64,000 nucleotides of DNA. It comes from Selaginella moellendorffii. Taxonomy: Eukaryota > Plantae > Lycopodiophyta. Under the pieces are notes generated by a model. The model was not told where the DNA came from. It made no database searches and saw only the letters and a list, made by a program, of their open reading frames with translations. The stretch spans positions 647,430-711,429 of the forward strand of contig NW_003314313.1 of NCBI RefSeq assembly GCF_000143415.4, read 5' to 3'. The translations under genes and the position numbers were made by a program. Shown one piece after another: positions 1 through 13,041 of the stretch (positions within the stretch are counted from its first letter, which is position 1; every line of letters begins with the position of its first letter).

Positions 1-231
1 GTTGTGTCGCTCCTTGTTCTGCATTTACTTGGGTCTAAGCTCAATCTCCACACTGCTCTAGTCAGTGGATACTCTCCTCCTCGTGTTAGGCCACTGGTAT
101 CCAAAAATCATGCCAGACACTATCTGACACTATTTTTCGATATGAGGAGCTGGTGCTCATGGGATTGTATCAGAGCCTTATTCTATAGTGCAATGGGCTT
201 GGAGTTCAACTCCAAATTCAAGTACGCTACA
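1..231 (+). repeat. 3' end of a family-A LTR (continues off the left edge)
   Basis: Aligns by eye to 1050-1291 and 7485-7727 and ends in ...CTACA at 231, like those LTRs. Confidence 0.85.
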
Positions 232-374
232 TTAGTGAAGATAAAGGGCAATGTTGATTGTCGTTGAGGAATGTTTGAATTTGGGATTTTAATTTAGATC
301 TACACATTGTCTAGATCTCCCTTTCCTTATAGCTTTTTCCATTTCCTCTATTCATTTTCATTCATCTTCATGGC

Positions 375-1291
375 TGTCGCGAATGTGACTTTGGGTATCG
401 AAAGATACTTGTCAGCCAGTCCTTATGAACACTCTTTCCTTACTACTATGATGGCAGAAAGTCGGTACAATTGGTTCCCTTTATCATTCCCACTTGAGCT
501 AGTTGAGAAACTGGTCAATGACTTTGTACTTAAATTGGATAAACATAAGGTAGGAACGGTATGTGTTTCTTTCTAAGCACTCAACCTGGTTTGAGAAACT
601 CGTATCATTGTCTTGCACTTGCTAGTATTAAGAACCCCCACATATTGAGACTAGTCCCTCAATATCGCTGAATGATAACTTACCATGTTTGCCAAACACC
701 CTCGCTATCATGCTTTTAGTGTTAGTCTCATTTTGGTCCCAAGTGCTATTTATAAAAAGTGTCTAGATTAGCTCATTTGGCATATTTACAGAATGTAGAG
801 ATCAGTCTAAACACAATGGTGTTTGTCCCATGTCCAAATTTGCAATCTAGCACCATTCTATATTTAGTAAGTTTCAAGCTTGTCCCAGAGACTAACTCCT
901 AGTACTAAGGGAGGCTTAGGATGAAAGCCCAAAGCATGTGTTCCTAGGGGGGGGGGGGGGGTTTATGAAGGGTTCCAAATGTATAATAAGGATAGTGATT
1001 GGAATGCATGTCCAACCACCTGAGACATTAGTTTGGCTCCTGCTGGGCTGTGTCGCTCCTTGTTCTGCGTCTGGCTTGGATCTAAGCCCAAGCTCCATGC
1101 TACTCTAGTCGGTGCGGTACCCCCCTCCTCGTATTAAGCCACCAGTATACCAAAATTGTGCCAGACTCTGTTTGACACTATTTTGCATGCAGGTGCTGGA
1201 TACAAGGAGCTGGTGCTCATGGGATTGTATCGGACCCTCATTTCATAGTGCAATGGGCTTAGAGTTCGGCTCTAAATTCAGGTGCACTACA
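375..1291 (+). repeat. 5' LTR of family-A element
   Basis: TGTCGCG...CACTACA; direct repeat of 6800-7727. Confidence 0.95.
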
Positions 1292-1293
1292 TT

Positions 1294-1305
1294 TGGTATA
1301 AGAGG
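1294..1305 (+). promoter_or_regulatory. Primer-binding site, initiator tRNA-Met type
   Basis: TGGTATAAGAGG 2 nt after the LTR; compare canonical TGGTATCAGAGC. Confidence 0.8.
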
Positions 1306-1482
1306 AATTGTCTCAGCGATTCCTATCCAACTTTTGTCGGATTTTCTTACTCAAGTTGCATACGCAGAGATTTTTCTAGTAGATTCGAAGCGACTTGTAT
1401 AGGATTAGTTGGATTGCACCATTCGGTAAGAACATTGTATGCATGTTTAGTTACTGATAGAGGCGTGCATGCAGCTAGCGGG

Positions 1483-4400
1483 ATGGTGAAAAAGAACCAT
1501 GCTGATGATGCTAAAACCTTTAGATGGGCGAATTGAGAGGAGGAAACTCCTGCTAAAGATGCTGTGGAAGAGGCAAAGGCTGAATCAGAAGAGGAAGAGC
1601 TAAATGCTACAGCACTGCAGCGTATGGCTCAGGAAGTCGTGATTGAGAATTTGCGAAGGGAAATTTGCAAATTGGAGAAAGAGCACAAGAAGAGGAAGAA
1701 AGAAGCTGAGGTAGCTAAACCAGCTAAGCCTTAACAACCGGACTCCTCTTCAAGTTCTAAGGACGATGAAGTTCTGCAATTGCCCCTGGTTGCACGAGTT
1801 TCAAAGTTCAAGCCTTCGAAACCACCCAATTTCATAGGCATGCGGGACTATCAGGTTTTGGAAGACTGGGTCTATGATATGGAAAACTATTTCATAGTGG
1901 CAGACATAGATGATCGTATGAAAGTTGCGTGCGTGCAATCCTTTTTCACCGATCATACCAAAACTTGGTGGAGCCAGGTGTGTGCTGAAAAAGGGCAGAT
2001 TAGAAGTTGGACCAAGATGTGATCTTGTATCCATAAGGAATACTTGCCAGATGATTTTGGTTTGAGACTTCACATAACGCTGCGGCGGTTAAAGCAATAA
2101 GGGGACCTCATGCATTACGTTAATGCATTTGCTTAGAATGATTACAAATATGAGTGACAAAGATGCTCAGAGTTATTTTTTGGAGGGTTTAAGTTCACTT
2201 TCTCGCAATGAGATTTTGAAGTTTAAGCCAAAGACATACCTGGAGTGTAAGGAGGCAGTGCAGCAAGTTGCCTTTAGTCACTCACTCATAGAACAATATC
2301 AACAACCGTATGCTGGTAACTTGGATAAAAATAAAAATTCTGAGAATAAACAAGGTGACTGGAAATAGAGGGTGGAAGGCAAGTTCCACTCTGGAGGCTC
2401 ACAAGCAACGGTTAACAAAGGTGGTGGTGGTTGGAGACCACCAACAGCTTCTTCTGATCCTAAGCCCTCTATTCCTCCTCCTGGTGGGTACAAGTAGCAG
2501 CAACTTGCAAAACCTGCTCCTAGCGGAATGGGTAGTGTGGGTCATTGCTTCCATTGTGGAGAGTTAGGACATAGGTCCTCAGAATGTCCCAACAAGCATA
2601 AGACAAGGTCTCGGGTTAATGTCATGAGGGAAGACGGTGGTGGCAAAGCTGAAGGGGTTGACGAGTTGGTCAATGTAGACTATGAGGAAGAGGAGGTGAG
2701 TTACTTTCATTACTTTCCTCAAGTTTTTCTCACAGCCAATGCAAACACTGATCTGTTGATGTATCTGGTAGGCTTTGTCCACGGACACTGAATCCAAGTG
2801 ATGATTGATATGGGAGCTACGCATAGTGTGATATCCAAAGACTTAGTTAAGTTGTTACGATTGAATGCTGAGCAAATGTCACCTATGCACTTCCGATTTG
2901 TGGAAGGTGAGCAAGTAGCTAGAAAGTTTGTGAGTGATGTTCCAATAAAAATATCCAAGTGGAAAGAAAGAGTGGACTTCGTAGTGTTGAAGATACCAAA
3001 TTTTTAGATGGTGTTTGGTATGGATTTCTTCAACAAATATATAAAAGGGATTTATGGTGCTAGACAAAGTCGTATCACGTTGAAGTCAAAAAGACGTCCC
3101 GATGTGTCTTTTCAATTGCAAAAGCGTTCTTCAAAGGATTGGGATGCTAAGTTCCTGACTGTGAGGGTTGCTCAAAAAGTAGCTAAGAAAGGATGTTGGA
3201 CCTTTTGGGTTCAAGTGATGGAAGCTAAGAGTGTTGGTGACTCAGTTCGAATCAGTGACGGGGTTGATCCTGTACCAAAGAAGATATTGGAGTTGTTGGC
3301 GAGAAATTAGGATATCTTCTCGAAGGATTTGCCACCAAGGCTACCTCCTAGCCGTGAGGTTGATCATCGGATTGAGGTTATTCAGGGTTTTAAACCACCT
3401 ACGAAAGCTTTATATCGTTTCAACATTAAGGAGATGGCTGTACTCAAGAAGCAACTCATGGAGCTTCTTGACAAAGGTCATATCCGACCAAGCAAGTCAC
3501 CTTATGAAGCACTAGTCCTTTTTGTTATGAAAAAGGATGGAACCATGAGGATGTGTATTAACTATCGGTCACTCAACAAAATCACGGTCAAAAAAAATTA
3601 TCCTTTGCCTCGCATTGATGACTTGTTTGACCAACTCTTAAAGGCTAAGTATTTTACGCAACTTGATTTGCGATCCGGTTATCATCAGATACAGGTGGCA
3701 GATCAAGATGTGGAGAAGATAGCCTTTAAGACTCAGTATGGATCTTATGAGTTCCTTGTCATGCCATTCAATTATACAATGCTCCAGCAACATTCAGCAC
3801 TATGATGGATAGAATATTCGGAGATTATTTGGACACATTTGTTGTCTTATACATCGACGATGTTTTAGTCTTCAGTGAAACGTTGGAGGATCATTTGAAA
3901 CACTTGGAGCTGGTGTTTCAGAAATTGCACGAACACAAACTGTATGCTAAGGAAAGTAAATGTGCTTTTGGACAATTGCACGTAAACTTTCTCAGACATA
4001 TAGTTGGTGGTGGCGTAATTGAGGTCAATCCAAAGAAGGTGGAAGCAGTGAAGTCCTAGGAAGTCCCAACCACTATATCAGATGTTCATTCCTTTCTCAG
4101 TTTGGCAAGATACTATCGTAAGTTTCTCTGCAATTTTGCAAGAATTGCTCTTCTGTTGACTGAGTTGATGAAGAGTAGTATTCCATTTCATTGGACACCA
4201 GCTTGTCAGTGTGCTTCTGTATGATTGAAGGAGATCTTGATTATGGTTCATGTTCTCAGGATCCCAGATCTTGATAAACCCTTCAAAGTGCATTGTGATG
4301 CATCTGGCTATGCTATTGGTGCCGTGTTGCAGCAAGATTGTGACAAAGCGATTAGTGTTATGCTAAGGCGACATGGTTGTCCCGTTGCGTTCTTTTCCAA

Positions 4401-6180
4401 GAAATTAGATGAAACCCAACGAAGATGGCCAATGCATGAGAAAGAGATGTTTGCTATAGTGTCGGCCTTGGAACACTAGAAACATTACTTGGGTGGATAT
4501 ACCAAGGTTTATATGGATAGTAACACACTGAGCTACTTTGATACGTAGCCTAAGCTTACGCCAAAGCAAGCTCGTTGGCAAGAGAAGCTTGCTAGATATG
4601 ATATTGAAATCATATATAAACCTGGTAAAAACAATGTTGTTCTGGATGCATTGAGTCATCAGGCTCAGTTCTGGGCAATATTAGCAATCAATTTGAACTG
4701 GTTAGAGGATGTTCGGGCTTCGTATGGAAGTGATCCATTGGTGAAAGCAATCTTACACCGGACGGAGTTGTCGAAGCAAAACCCTGGTAGCGAAGTGGTG
4801 AAAGTTGCTAGTCGAACTAATATGAAGCTTCACTACTCGGCTCGGGATGGGCTTATATTCTATAAGCAAGAAAGATTGTATCTTCCCTCTAAGAATCTGC
4901 AACAGTTGTTTTTGCGGGAACATCATGATGTTCCGGTAGCAGAACATGGTGGAAAGCGAAAGACTCTGGCTTCATTGAAAAAGGGATTTTTCTGGTCTGG
5001 TATGGAAGATGATGTAGTGGATTATGTCCATTCTTGCCCTATATGCCAGCAATGTAAGCGCAGAACTGAAAAGTAGGTTGGAAAGTTGTAGCACATTCCA
5101 GCACCGGCGTGGCCATTTCAAAGTGTGACACTTGATTTCGTCACTTGCTTGCCAAAGTCTAAGGGTTATAATATTTTGATGGTGGTTGTGGATTAGTTGT
5201 CAAAGATTGCACACTTCATTCCAATTGTGGGAACAGTAAATGCGAAACAAGCAGCAAAACTCTTTTTCCATGAAGTAGTGCGGGTTCGTGGTCTTCCCAA
5301 AGAGATGATCTTAGATAGAGATTCAAGGTTTACGGGGAAGTTTTGGGGCACGCTGTTCCAGCTGTTTGGTACTAAGTTGAAGTTTAGTATGGCTTATCAT
5401 CCTCAGACTGATGGGCAGACTGAACATGTGAATGCTCAAGTTGAGGATTATTTGCAGTACTATGTCATGGTGGACCAACGCGACTGGGTTGAGCATTTAG
5501 ACACAGCAGAAATTTGTTATAACAACACATTTCATAGCACTATTGGTTGTTCTCCATAGGAGATGCTGCAAGGAACTGCTCATGGGGTGCCTTAACAGAT
5601 TGTTGTACCGAAACCAATGTCCGAAGTGTTGGTCCCGGCTGTTGAGACTTATGTAGAGTAGCTACACCAAAGTTGGTCTAGGGCTACTGAGGCGATGGGC
5701 AAAGCTCATGATAGGTATTGACATGATAAGGATCAACATCATCGGGAAGTATCCTATCAAGTGGGAGATCAGGTGTGGCTATCTTCCCAGAACTTGAACA
5801 TTAAGGGATGTTTATCTCGGAAGCTGTTACCGAGATATGTTGGACCCTATCGGGTGGTGAAGCAAGTTGGTGATGTATCCTATAAGTTGGATCTTCTGGA
5901 TGAGTTGTCCCATGTACATGATGTGTTTCATGTCAATTTACTGGCACCATATCGTGTTGATGTAGATCGCTCTGTGGACATTCGTCCCCCTCCGGACATT
6001 GGGAATGGTGACATAGAGTATGAGGTTGAGGCGATTCTCTTGTCCTGCAAAGCTCGTGGTGGTCGTTCAAAGGAATATTTAGTTAAGTGGAAAGGTTACC
6101 CGACTTGTGAATCAACTTGGGAACCTCTTAGGAATCTTCGTGAACTTGTCACAGAGTATGAGAATAGTAATAAAGACTAA
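1483..6180 (+). pseudogene. gag-pol polyprotein with C-terminal chromodomain, disrupted by stops and frameshifts
   Basis: Gag (KPPNF..DWVYDMENYF), CCHC knuckle CFHCGELGHRSSEC, protease [19 protein letters not shown] and YIDD, RNase H DASGYAIGAVL, integrase HHCC and YHPQTDGQTE, GPY motif, chromodomain YEVEAIL..YLVKWKGY..STWEP. Start position is approximate. Confidence 0.93.
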
Positions 6181-6786
6181 ATAAAAAAAAAGATTTTGTA
6201 AAGTTTGTAATAAATCTTGCAAATTAATAAAGTAATATATTTTTATAAATCAAAGTGTCATTTTTCTCGTTCGTTAGTAATTGGGTCAGTTTTGGTAGGT
6301 TGACTTTAGCACTTTGGTGCATGGGTCCAATCCATAACCATGGGGATAACTATTATAGACTGATCACAAATCCCTGCCTCTCTCTCAATGACTCATTTTT
6401 GAAAAGGGGCGTGGTCATGTAAACAACTTAATCTACCAATTTATAATAGTTGTCTAAATCTTCCTGATGGGGTTGATTTCTTGCTTAGGGGAAGTTGGGC
6501 CTCTGGCCTTCTCCCTATGTCCCTACGGGTAGGGATGTATCATTCCTTTGTAAGCCGAGTGGTACTTGGAGCAACAAGGGTGGCTAACTTCGTTAGTTAT
6601 TTCCTTGTCGGTGACAGCCGAAGGGTGTCTGAGTGTTAATGTCTTTGGACGTAGAGGAGAGGTCGTTCCATAACTCATTAAGTCAGTGTGTTTCCCACAT
6701 AGTGTGCTTTCCATTAACTTTTGAAGTTGTTTCCTTGACGGTTTGCTAGACTCGAGTATGCATCGACGAGGACGTCGATCTTCCCC

Positions 6787-6799
6787 AAGGGGGGGAGAG
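6787..6799 (+). promoter_or_regulatory. Polypurine tract of family-A element
   Basis: AAGGGGGGGAGAG directly abutting the 3' LTR. Confidence 0.9.
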
Positions 6800-7727
6800 T
6801 GTCGCGAATATGACTTCAGGTATCGAAAGATATTTGTCGGCCAATCCTTACGGACACTCTTTCCTTACTGCCATGACAGCAGAAAGTCGGTACAGTTGGT
6901 TCCCTTTATTGTTCCCACTTGAGCTAGTTGAGAAATTGGTCAATGACCTTGTACTTAAATTAGATAAACATAAGGTAGGAATCATATGTGTTTCTTGCTG
7001 AGCATACTCGGCCTGGTTTAAGAAACTCGTATCATTGTCTTGCACTTGCTAGTATCAAGAACCCTTGCATATTGAGATTAGTGCCTCAATATCGCTGAAT
7101 GATAGCTTACCGTGTCTGCCAAACACCCTCGCTATCATGCCTTTGGTGTTAGTCTCATTTCAGTCCAAAGTGCTATTTATAGAAAGTGTCTAGATTAGCT
7201 CATTTGGCATATCTACAGAATGTAGAGATCAGCCTAAACACAATGGTGTTTGTCTTGTGTCTAAATTCACAATCTAGTGCCATTCCATATTTAGTAAGTT
7301 TCGAGTTTGTCCCAGAGACTAACTCCTGATACTAAGGGAGGCTTAGGGTGAAAGCCCAAAGCATGTGTTCCTCAATGGGGGGGGGGGGGGGGGAAGGGTT
7401 ATGAAGGGTTCCAAATGTATAATAAGAATAGTGGTTGGAATGTATATCCAACCACCTAAGACATTAGTTTGGTTCCCGTTGAGCTATGTCGCTCCTTGTT
7501 CTGCATTCGGCTTGGGTGTAAGCCCAAGCTCCACGTTGCTCTAGTCGGTAGGGTACCCTCCTCCTCGCGTTAGGCCACCGGTATACCAAAATTGTGCCAA
7601 ACTCCATCTGACACCATTTTGCATGCAGGTGCTAAATACAAGGAGCTGGTGCTCGTGGGATTGTATTGGACCCTTGTTTCGTAGTGCAATGGGCTTGGAG
7701 TTCAGCTCCAAATTCAGGTGCACTACA
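6800..7727 (+). repeat. 3' LTR of family-A element
   Basis: Direct repeat of 375-1291 with TG...CA ends. Confidence 0.95.
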
Positions 7728-9582
7728 ATGGTAGAATAGCAGCCTCTTCCTCCTTTGACTTTAGAGCAATAGGTTGTGCAGTTGCTCGATGCTATGTGGT
7801 TACAATTGAACAATCAAACTCAATTGATGGTGGCATTTACAACACGTAATACAGTTCCTCCTACTATGGGTGCCAATCCTCATGTTCAATTGGAGCACTT
7901 CCGTAAGACTCTTGAGGATGATATGTACCATTGGTTTGATCACTTTATGGTGATTACCATATATCATTCTTGGAATGATGTTTGAGGTTTGCATGAGTTT
8001 CCCATATGTCTCCAAGGGATGGCATTGTAATGGTACAATGGTTTGAGCATAACCACTTGTGATGATTAGAGCATTCTCTTGGACTTTCAAATGTGCATTT
8101 GGACATGTTGACGATTGTGATGATGCCTTCCAACAATTATATTGTCTTCATCAAGGGCCATCTAAGTCAATAGTGCAATTTGGCATTCGTTTCCAAAGGC
8201 TCTTTCTTCATGTAGAGCCAAATATATTAAAGTAGATCAAGTTGGGAATGTTGTGGCCAGCACTTCATTAAGATCTTGTAAGAGTTGTGCATGTATTTGC
8301 TCCAGCCACCCTTGATGATTCTCTTCACTTGGCACAATGTTATAAGATGTTGCCTCTTCCACTTCTCGTTGCACATCCTTTAGCTCCACTTTCTATAGGA
8401 GAGTTGATATTGTTGCTACTTAATTTCAAGGACAAGGGTAAGGACGTGGTTATAGCCATAATGTCCATTACTAGGTTTATAATGAAGTTAATCACACTTA
8501 TTGGCATTGTCAATATTTTACAGATTGGCAACTTCCATTTGTTGGGTGGAGACCTTGGTGTCAATAATGTGTTATTGGTGTTGTTGTAGTAAAAGGTTTG
8601 GACATTGAGATGCTTCTAGGAAATGAGGAGTCACTCAGAGTAACAAAGGGTCCTTACGTGAATAAGTTAGTGACCCCTTTATTTTTCTTTCGGGAGTATC
8701 ATTGGGAGTATCACTTGGCACTAGTTCATCTAGTATTTACTTTCCAAATTTGTTTTTATAAAAAAAGGTCTCTTATTATTCTCTCCGTATTAGTTGATAT
8801 AGGCTCAAATTTATCATCTATTTCTTGGCTTGTTACCACACATTGCCATTTACATTTGTGTCATATAGCAAAACCAGTTTTTATTCTTTATGGCAATGGC
8901 CATATATACGCATGTGTATGGGATGAGGCAAACTTAGTTATACGTATGGGCAATTTCAAGTTTGAATTGCAGTCATTGCCAGTAGTGTCAAGTCAAGCTT
9001 TTGACTTCATCCTTGGTATGGATTGGTTGCGGCACAATTATGCCAAGTGTGACTTTGAGGCTTCTCCCCCTTGTCTTATACTTTTTTATATTTCTTCAAT
9101 TCCTCTTATTTCTATTCCTCTCCCTCCCTCTATTTTTACCTTTGTTTCCATCAATTTTGTCTTCCCATAACTTTCTCCTATGTTTCTGTTTTGTTCCATT
9201 CTTCCCTTTTCCAATCCTTCTGACGATCTTTGTGTTGTAGCAATTGACTAGCTCATGAAGGAGTATGCCAATCTATTTGAATTTTACATGTCATCTAGGG
9301 CCAAAATTGCAACACATCATCCTATTCTAACTGAGGATGCTCGTTTAATCAAAGTTCCTATTCATAGTTAGTCATTAAAAGAGATCAAGATTTTACGTGC
9401 AAATGTCAAGGAGATGATGGAAATGGGTGTTATTTAAAAGTCATGGAGTTCTTATGTGTGTGAACCTCATCTTGTGATGAAACCTGATGGGAGTAATCGT
9501 TTCTACATTAGCTATCATCCATTAAATGAAGTGATAATCCCAAATATGTACCCTTTTTCTCACACTATTAATCTCCTAAATT

Positions 9583-9932
9583 TGTAAGTGACTAAATTTT
9601 TCATTTTATTTTATTCACTTAACCACACTTCTAACCACTTGAAGGGAGTCTCACTCACAACTTCCATAAGTCTTATTCCAAACTTGGGGATTTACTCGCC
9701 TTAATAATGGTATCTATACCACTCAACATTTGCACTTGGTCCAAGTGCTCCATGTCTTTGATCTCATGATTGGCACCTAAAGGTACCACTAATACATTAG
9801 TTTGTTATGTTAAGACTATGCCCATTCACCTTTGTCACACCGGTGATCTAACACCATATGCATCACAGTCCCGTCTTTCAAAGATTGGGCCATCTGTCCA
9901 TGAGTGATCATCCCAGATCCACTCCTTAGCAT
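9583..9932 (-). repeat. Truncated family-C LTR fragment inside the family-B RT region
   Basis: Matches 28024-28372 and 33686-34033 (TGTAAG...CCAGATCCACTCCTTAGCAT). Confidence 0.8.
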
Positions 9933-10820
9933 TGAACACTTCACTAAGTTACCTCACTTGTTGATCATCTTTCTAACTACACTACACCGTTGCAAGTGTT
10001 GTTGAAGTTGTCAATATCATCTTTCATATGGTCTATGGACTGTGAGCAGACATAAAAAACTATTAACAACTCCTCCAATTTTAGTATATCTTAACTACAC
10101 TTGACCTTTCATTTTACGTGTGGATGCTTATGATATTCCTTTTAGAGGTGTGTTGATGTAAGAGAGCTTAAGTGTGTTTGGTCTATCCCATTGTATATAT
10201 CAACTAAACATTACAACCAGTAGAGGTGTTTAGTAGCAATTTGCGATTTTGAGAAATTTCAAGCATATCTACATGGTTTTCTAATATTATTAAAAGGTGA
10301 TGATGTTGTGGTTACTTCATTATTGAAGCAAAAGAATTTAGTTGGTTATATTGCTTAGTGAGCTATGAAACTTTAGATATATAATTTTGATGTTGTTCAT
10401 CATCTGGGGAGTTTAATGGCTAATGTTGATGCCCATTCTCGAGCTCTTCCTTCTTTGCTCTTTTCTCATATTTTTTATAAGACTTTTGGAAAATAGTCCC
10501 ATAATTATGGCTGAAGCATTTCATGTTTTGACCTCTCGGTTGGGGATACACTACACTTTCATGAGTGTTTATCATCCACCGTCAGATGGTTTGGTGAAAT
10601 AAATTGTTCAAACCTTCAAAAGGATGATCGTGAAGTATATAAACTTTTAGGATTTGGATTGGGATGGTTATTTGCTATCTCTTTGGTATGCGTATGTCAC
10701 AAGGGTGTAAATTTTTGTTAGTGCTTCACCTTATAAACTCCTATATGGTCATGATCCAATACTACCAATGGAGTTAAGTTTATCTTATATGATTGCCACA
10801 AGCTGCCAATGCTAAATCTT

Positions 10821-11608
10821 TGTGAGACACAAATCCCTAAGCCCTAAAATAAAGTAGAAAGGGTGCCACATGGTAGTGGTTGAAGCGGAAGACATTGGAG
10901 GAGGGTGATGCCCCAAGGTAGCCACGATTGGCTTCAGAGAAACCAATCGACCGAGAAGATGGCTTGGTGGTTTGGTGATCAAGTGGAGGAGCGCCCTAGG
11001 ATGAGTCTCACTTTCCCTAGGGCATAGCAGGTGGCTCTAGACATGCGAGGAGTCACCTGAGAGGCAGAGTGCCTACTGGGCCTTTGGTCTCGCTTTTGTC
11101 TTTTGTATACAGTCCCTAAGGGACATATGGATCTATACATATATGAGTTTCATCGAAGCGGAAGTCCAACAAATATAATATATTTAGACCAAATATTCTG
11201 ATTTAGAAAGTCAAGAGTGGGAGTGGAACTCCGAACGAAGTGCTCAAGGGGTGAGCAAGAAGCAATTGGGGAATGAGTCTCTAAAATGGGACACAAGAAG
11301 GACTAACACATGGTGAGTGTCATGATATATGAAAGTGTCAAGAACAAGTCCAAGAAGGAGTTTGAGATGGAGCCCAATATGGACCTAAGATGGACTCAAG
11401 ATGGAGTTCGAGATGGAGTCTGATATAGATCCAAGATGAACTTGAAATGGAGTCTAAGATGGACTTAAGATGGAGTTCGAGATGGATCCGGGATGGAGTC
11501 CAAGGTCGAGTGGAATAAAACTCATGGAGCTTGTGAGCAAAACTCTTCCAAGTGGTCAAAAGTGTGGTTAAGTGATTAAAGTAGAATGGAAAATTTAGTT
11601 GCTTTACA
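10821..11608 (+). repeat. Family-C solo LTR, shortened variant
   Basis: TGTGAGACAC...TTTACA ends match the family-C LTR termini. TSD ATCTT/GTCTT. Carries the GAGATGGAGTCC-type repeats. Confidence 0.8.
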
Positions 11609-12040
11609 GTCTTGGGATCAATATTTAACAAGTATACTTCCACTTGTCCAAGCAAAGTTTTCTGAACACCTGGGTCATATATAAATGGGATAACAATGGT
11701 GTTACAACTCATCATTATCCACTACGAAGTACAAAGTGGATGACTTAGTGTTAGTCTGTTTTCCCAATCTTATGGTACATAGTTTTTCTAGAGGGCTCTT
11801 TGCTCAATGGAAGAGACTATTGCGGCAAGCTGGACTGCAAATTTATAAAGTTTGGCATGATGTTTAACAAATTAATCCTTCAAAAATTGTGTATGTGTAG
11901 CAGTTGAAACATTTCGTACAAAGGGATCAGGAACAACTTGCACCACTTACAGATCAATTAATGCCTCTTTCTAATGTTCCTCTAGATCCCAACCCGTCCA
12001 TAAAAGAACTTTATTCCATCATTCCAAAAGGAGAGGATGA

Positions 12041-12204
12041 TATGAGGTCTAAGTGTATGGCTACAATGCTGTATACTAATATTAACATAGTGGGATTTAA
12101 TAGCTGTTAGATTGATTTCAATTTAAACCATTCACTCTTGTATATAAACTAGGGTTTTTAGGTTAAATAATATGCACTTCATTTTCATATTCCATGCACT
12201 TACA
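12041..12204 (+). repeat. Short (~165 bp) 3' LTR of family-B copy 1
   Basis: Homologous to the reverse complement of 39152-39325; preceded by a purine tract; ends CTTACA. Confidence 0.75.
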
Positions 12205-13041
12205 GTATGTTGAGAATTTTTTTTTAAAAAAAAATACTTCTCAAGCTTTATTGTAATAACTAAACTTTCACCATCTAATGCTTCATATTCCATATTTCAT
12301 GCTCCAAGATTTATATTTCATGTTTCTATCATATAATTTCATTTTAAGTTTTTCTATGTGTTGCTAAAGTATATTTGGAGGAAATTGTAAAAATGGGAAA
12401 AATTAAAAGCATCATTTATATATATACATAAAAGAGGCTAATAATTCAATTTTTAAGTTTCTAAATTAGCTTGGAGTTTATATTTACACTAAAATACTTA
12501 ATTTACACATAATTTAACTTTTTTTGAACATTAGAGAAATTAAATAACTTTAAATTTAAGGGTAACTTATCTTTAATGGGTTTGAAGTAACTTTGATTTA
12601 AATCCAAAAATCTTTAGAAATTTTTGTTATCTAATAGTAAAACCTTTGAGAAATAATTTTCACTGGAAAGACTCCCGTCATCTTTTATGTTTTATCTTTT
12701 CTGCTTGCAGCAGAGACAGACAACACTGACGCCTCGCTCCAAGACAAGAGTTGTAGCACAGGACCAACCAATTCTTTTAAGCTGTCTCCAGAAAGGTACT
12801 TGAACCGGAAGTTCATTTCTCACACTTCTTTTCCCTTTTGTAGGAGATAGCGCAAGAAATTACCCTTGACTCAAGGATTGTTGCGAGACCGTCAGAAGGT
12901 ATGGTTTTATACAAGTTTTCTGACTTTTTGTGGCAGGCACGCTGGAGTCGTGGGATGCTAACTATTTACCCGTACAAAAGCCTCTAACTGGTACGTTGTG
13001 CCTTGTATTTTCTGGGTTTCTCTTTTGTGCGAGAAGCAGCC

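Larger units (their letters stand above)
375..7727 (+). mobile_element. Full-length chromovirus-type Ty3/gypsy LTR retrotransposon (family A), inactivated
   Basis: Two ~920-bp TG...CA LTRs, Met-type PBS, PPT, gag-PR-RT-RH-INT-chromodomain order, and a 5-bp TSD ATGGC (370-374) / ATGGT (7728-7732). Confidence 0.95.
232..12204 (+). mobile_element. Degenerate Ty3/gypsy element, family B copy 1 (host of nested insertions)
   Basis: 232-374 joined to 7733 onward is colinear with the reverse complement of 36365-39151. Remnants of gag, protease (VLVDIG, FDFILGMDWL), RT start, RNase H and integrase (YHPPSDG-like near 10570). Purine tract 12026-12040, then a short 3' LTR. Confidence 0.75.
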
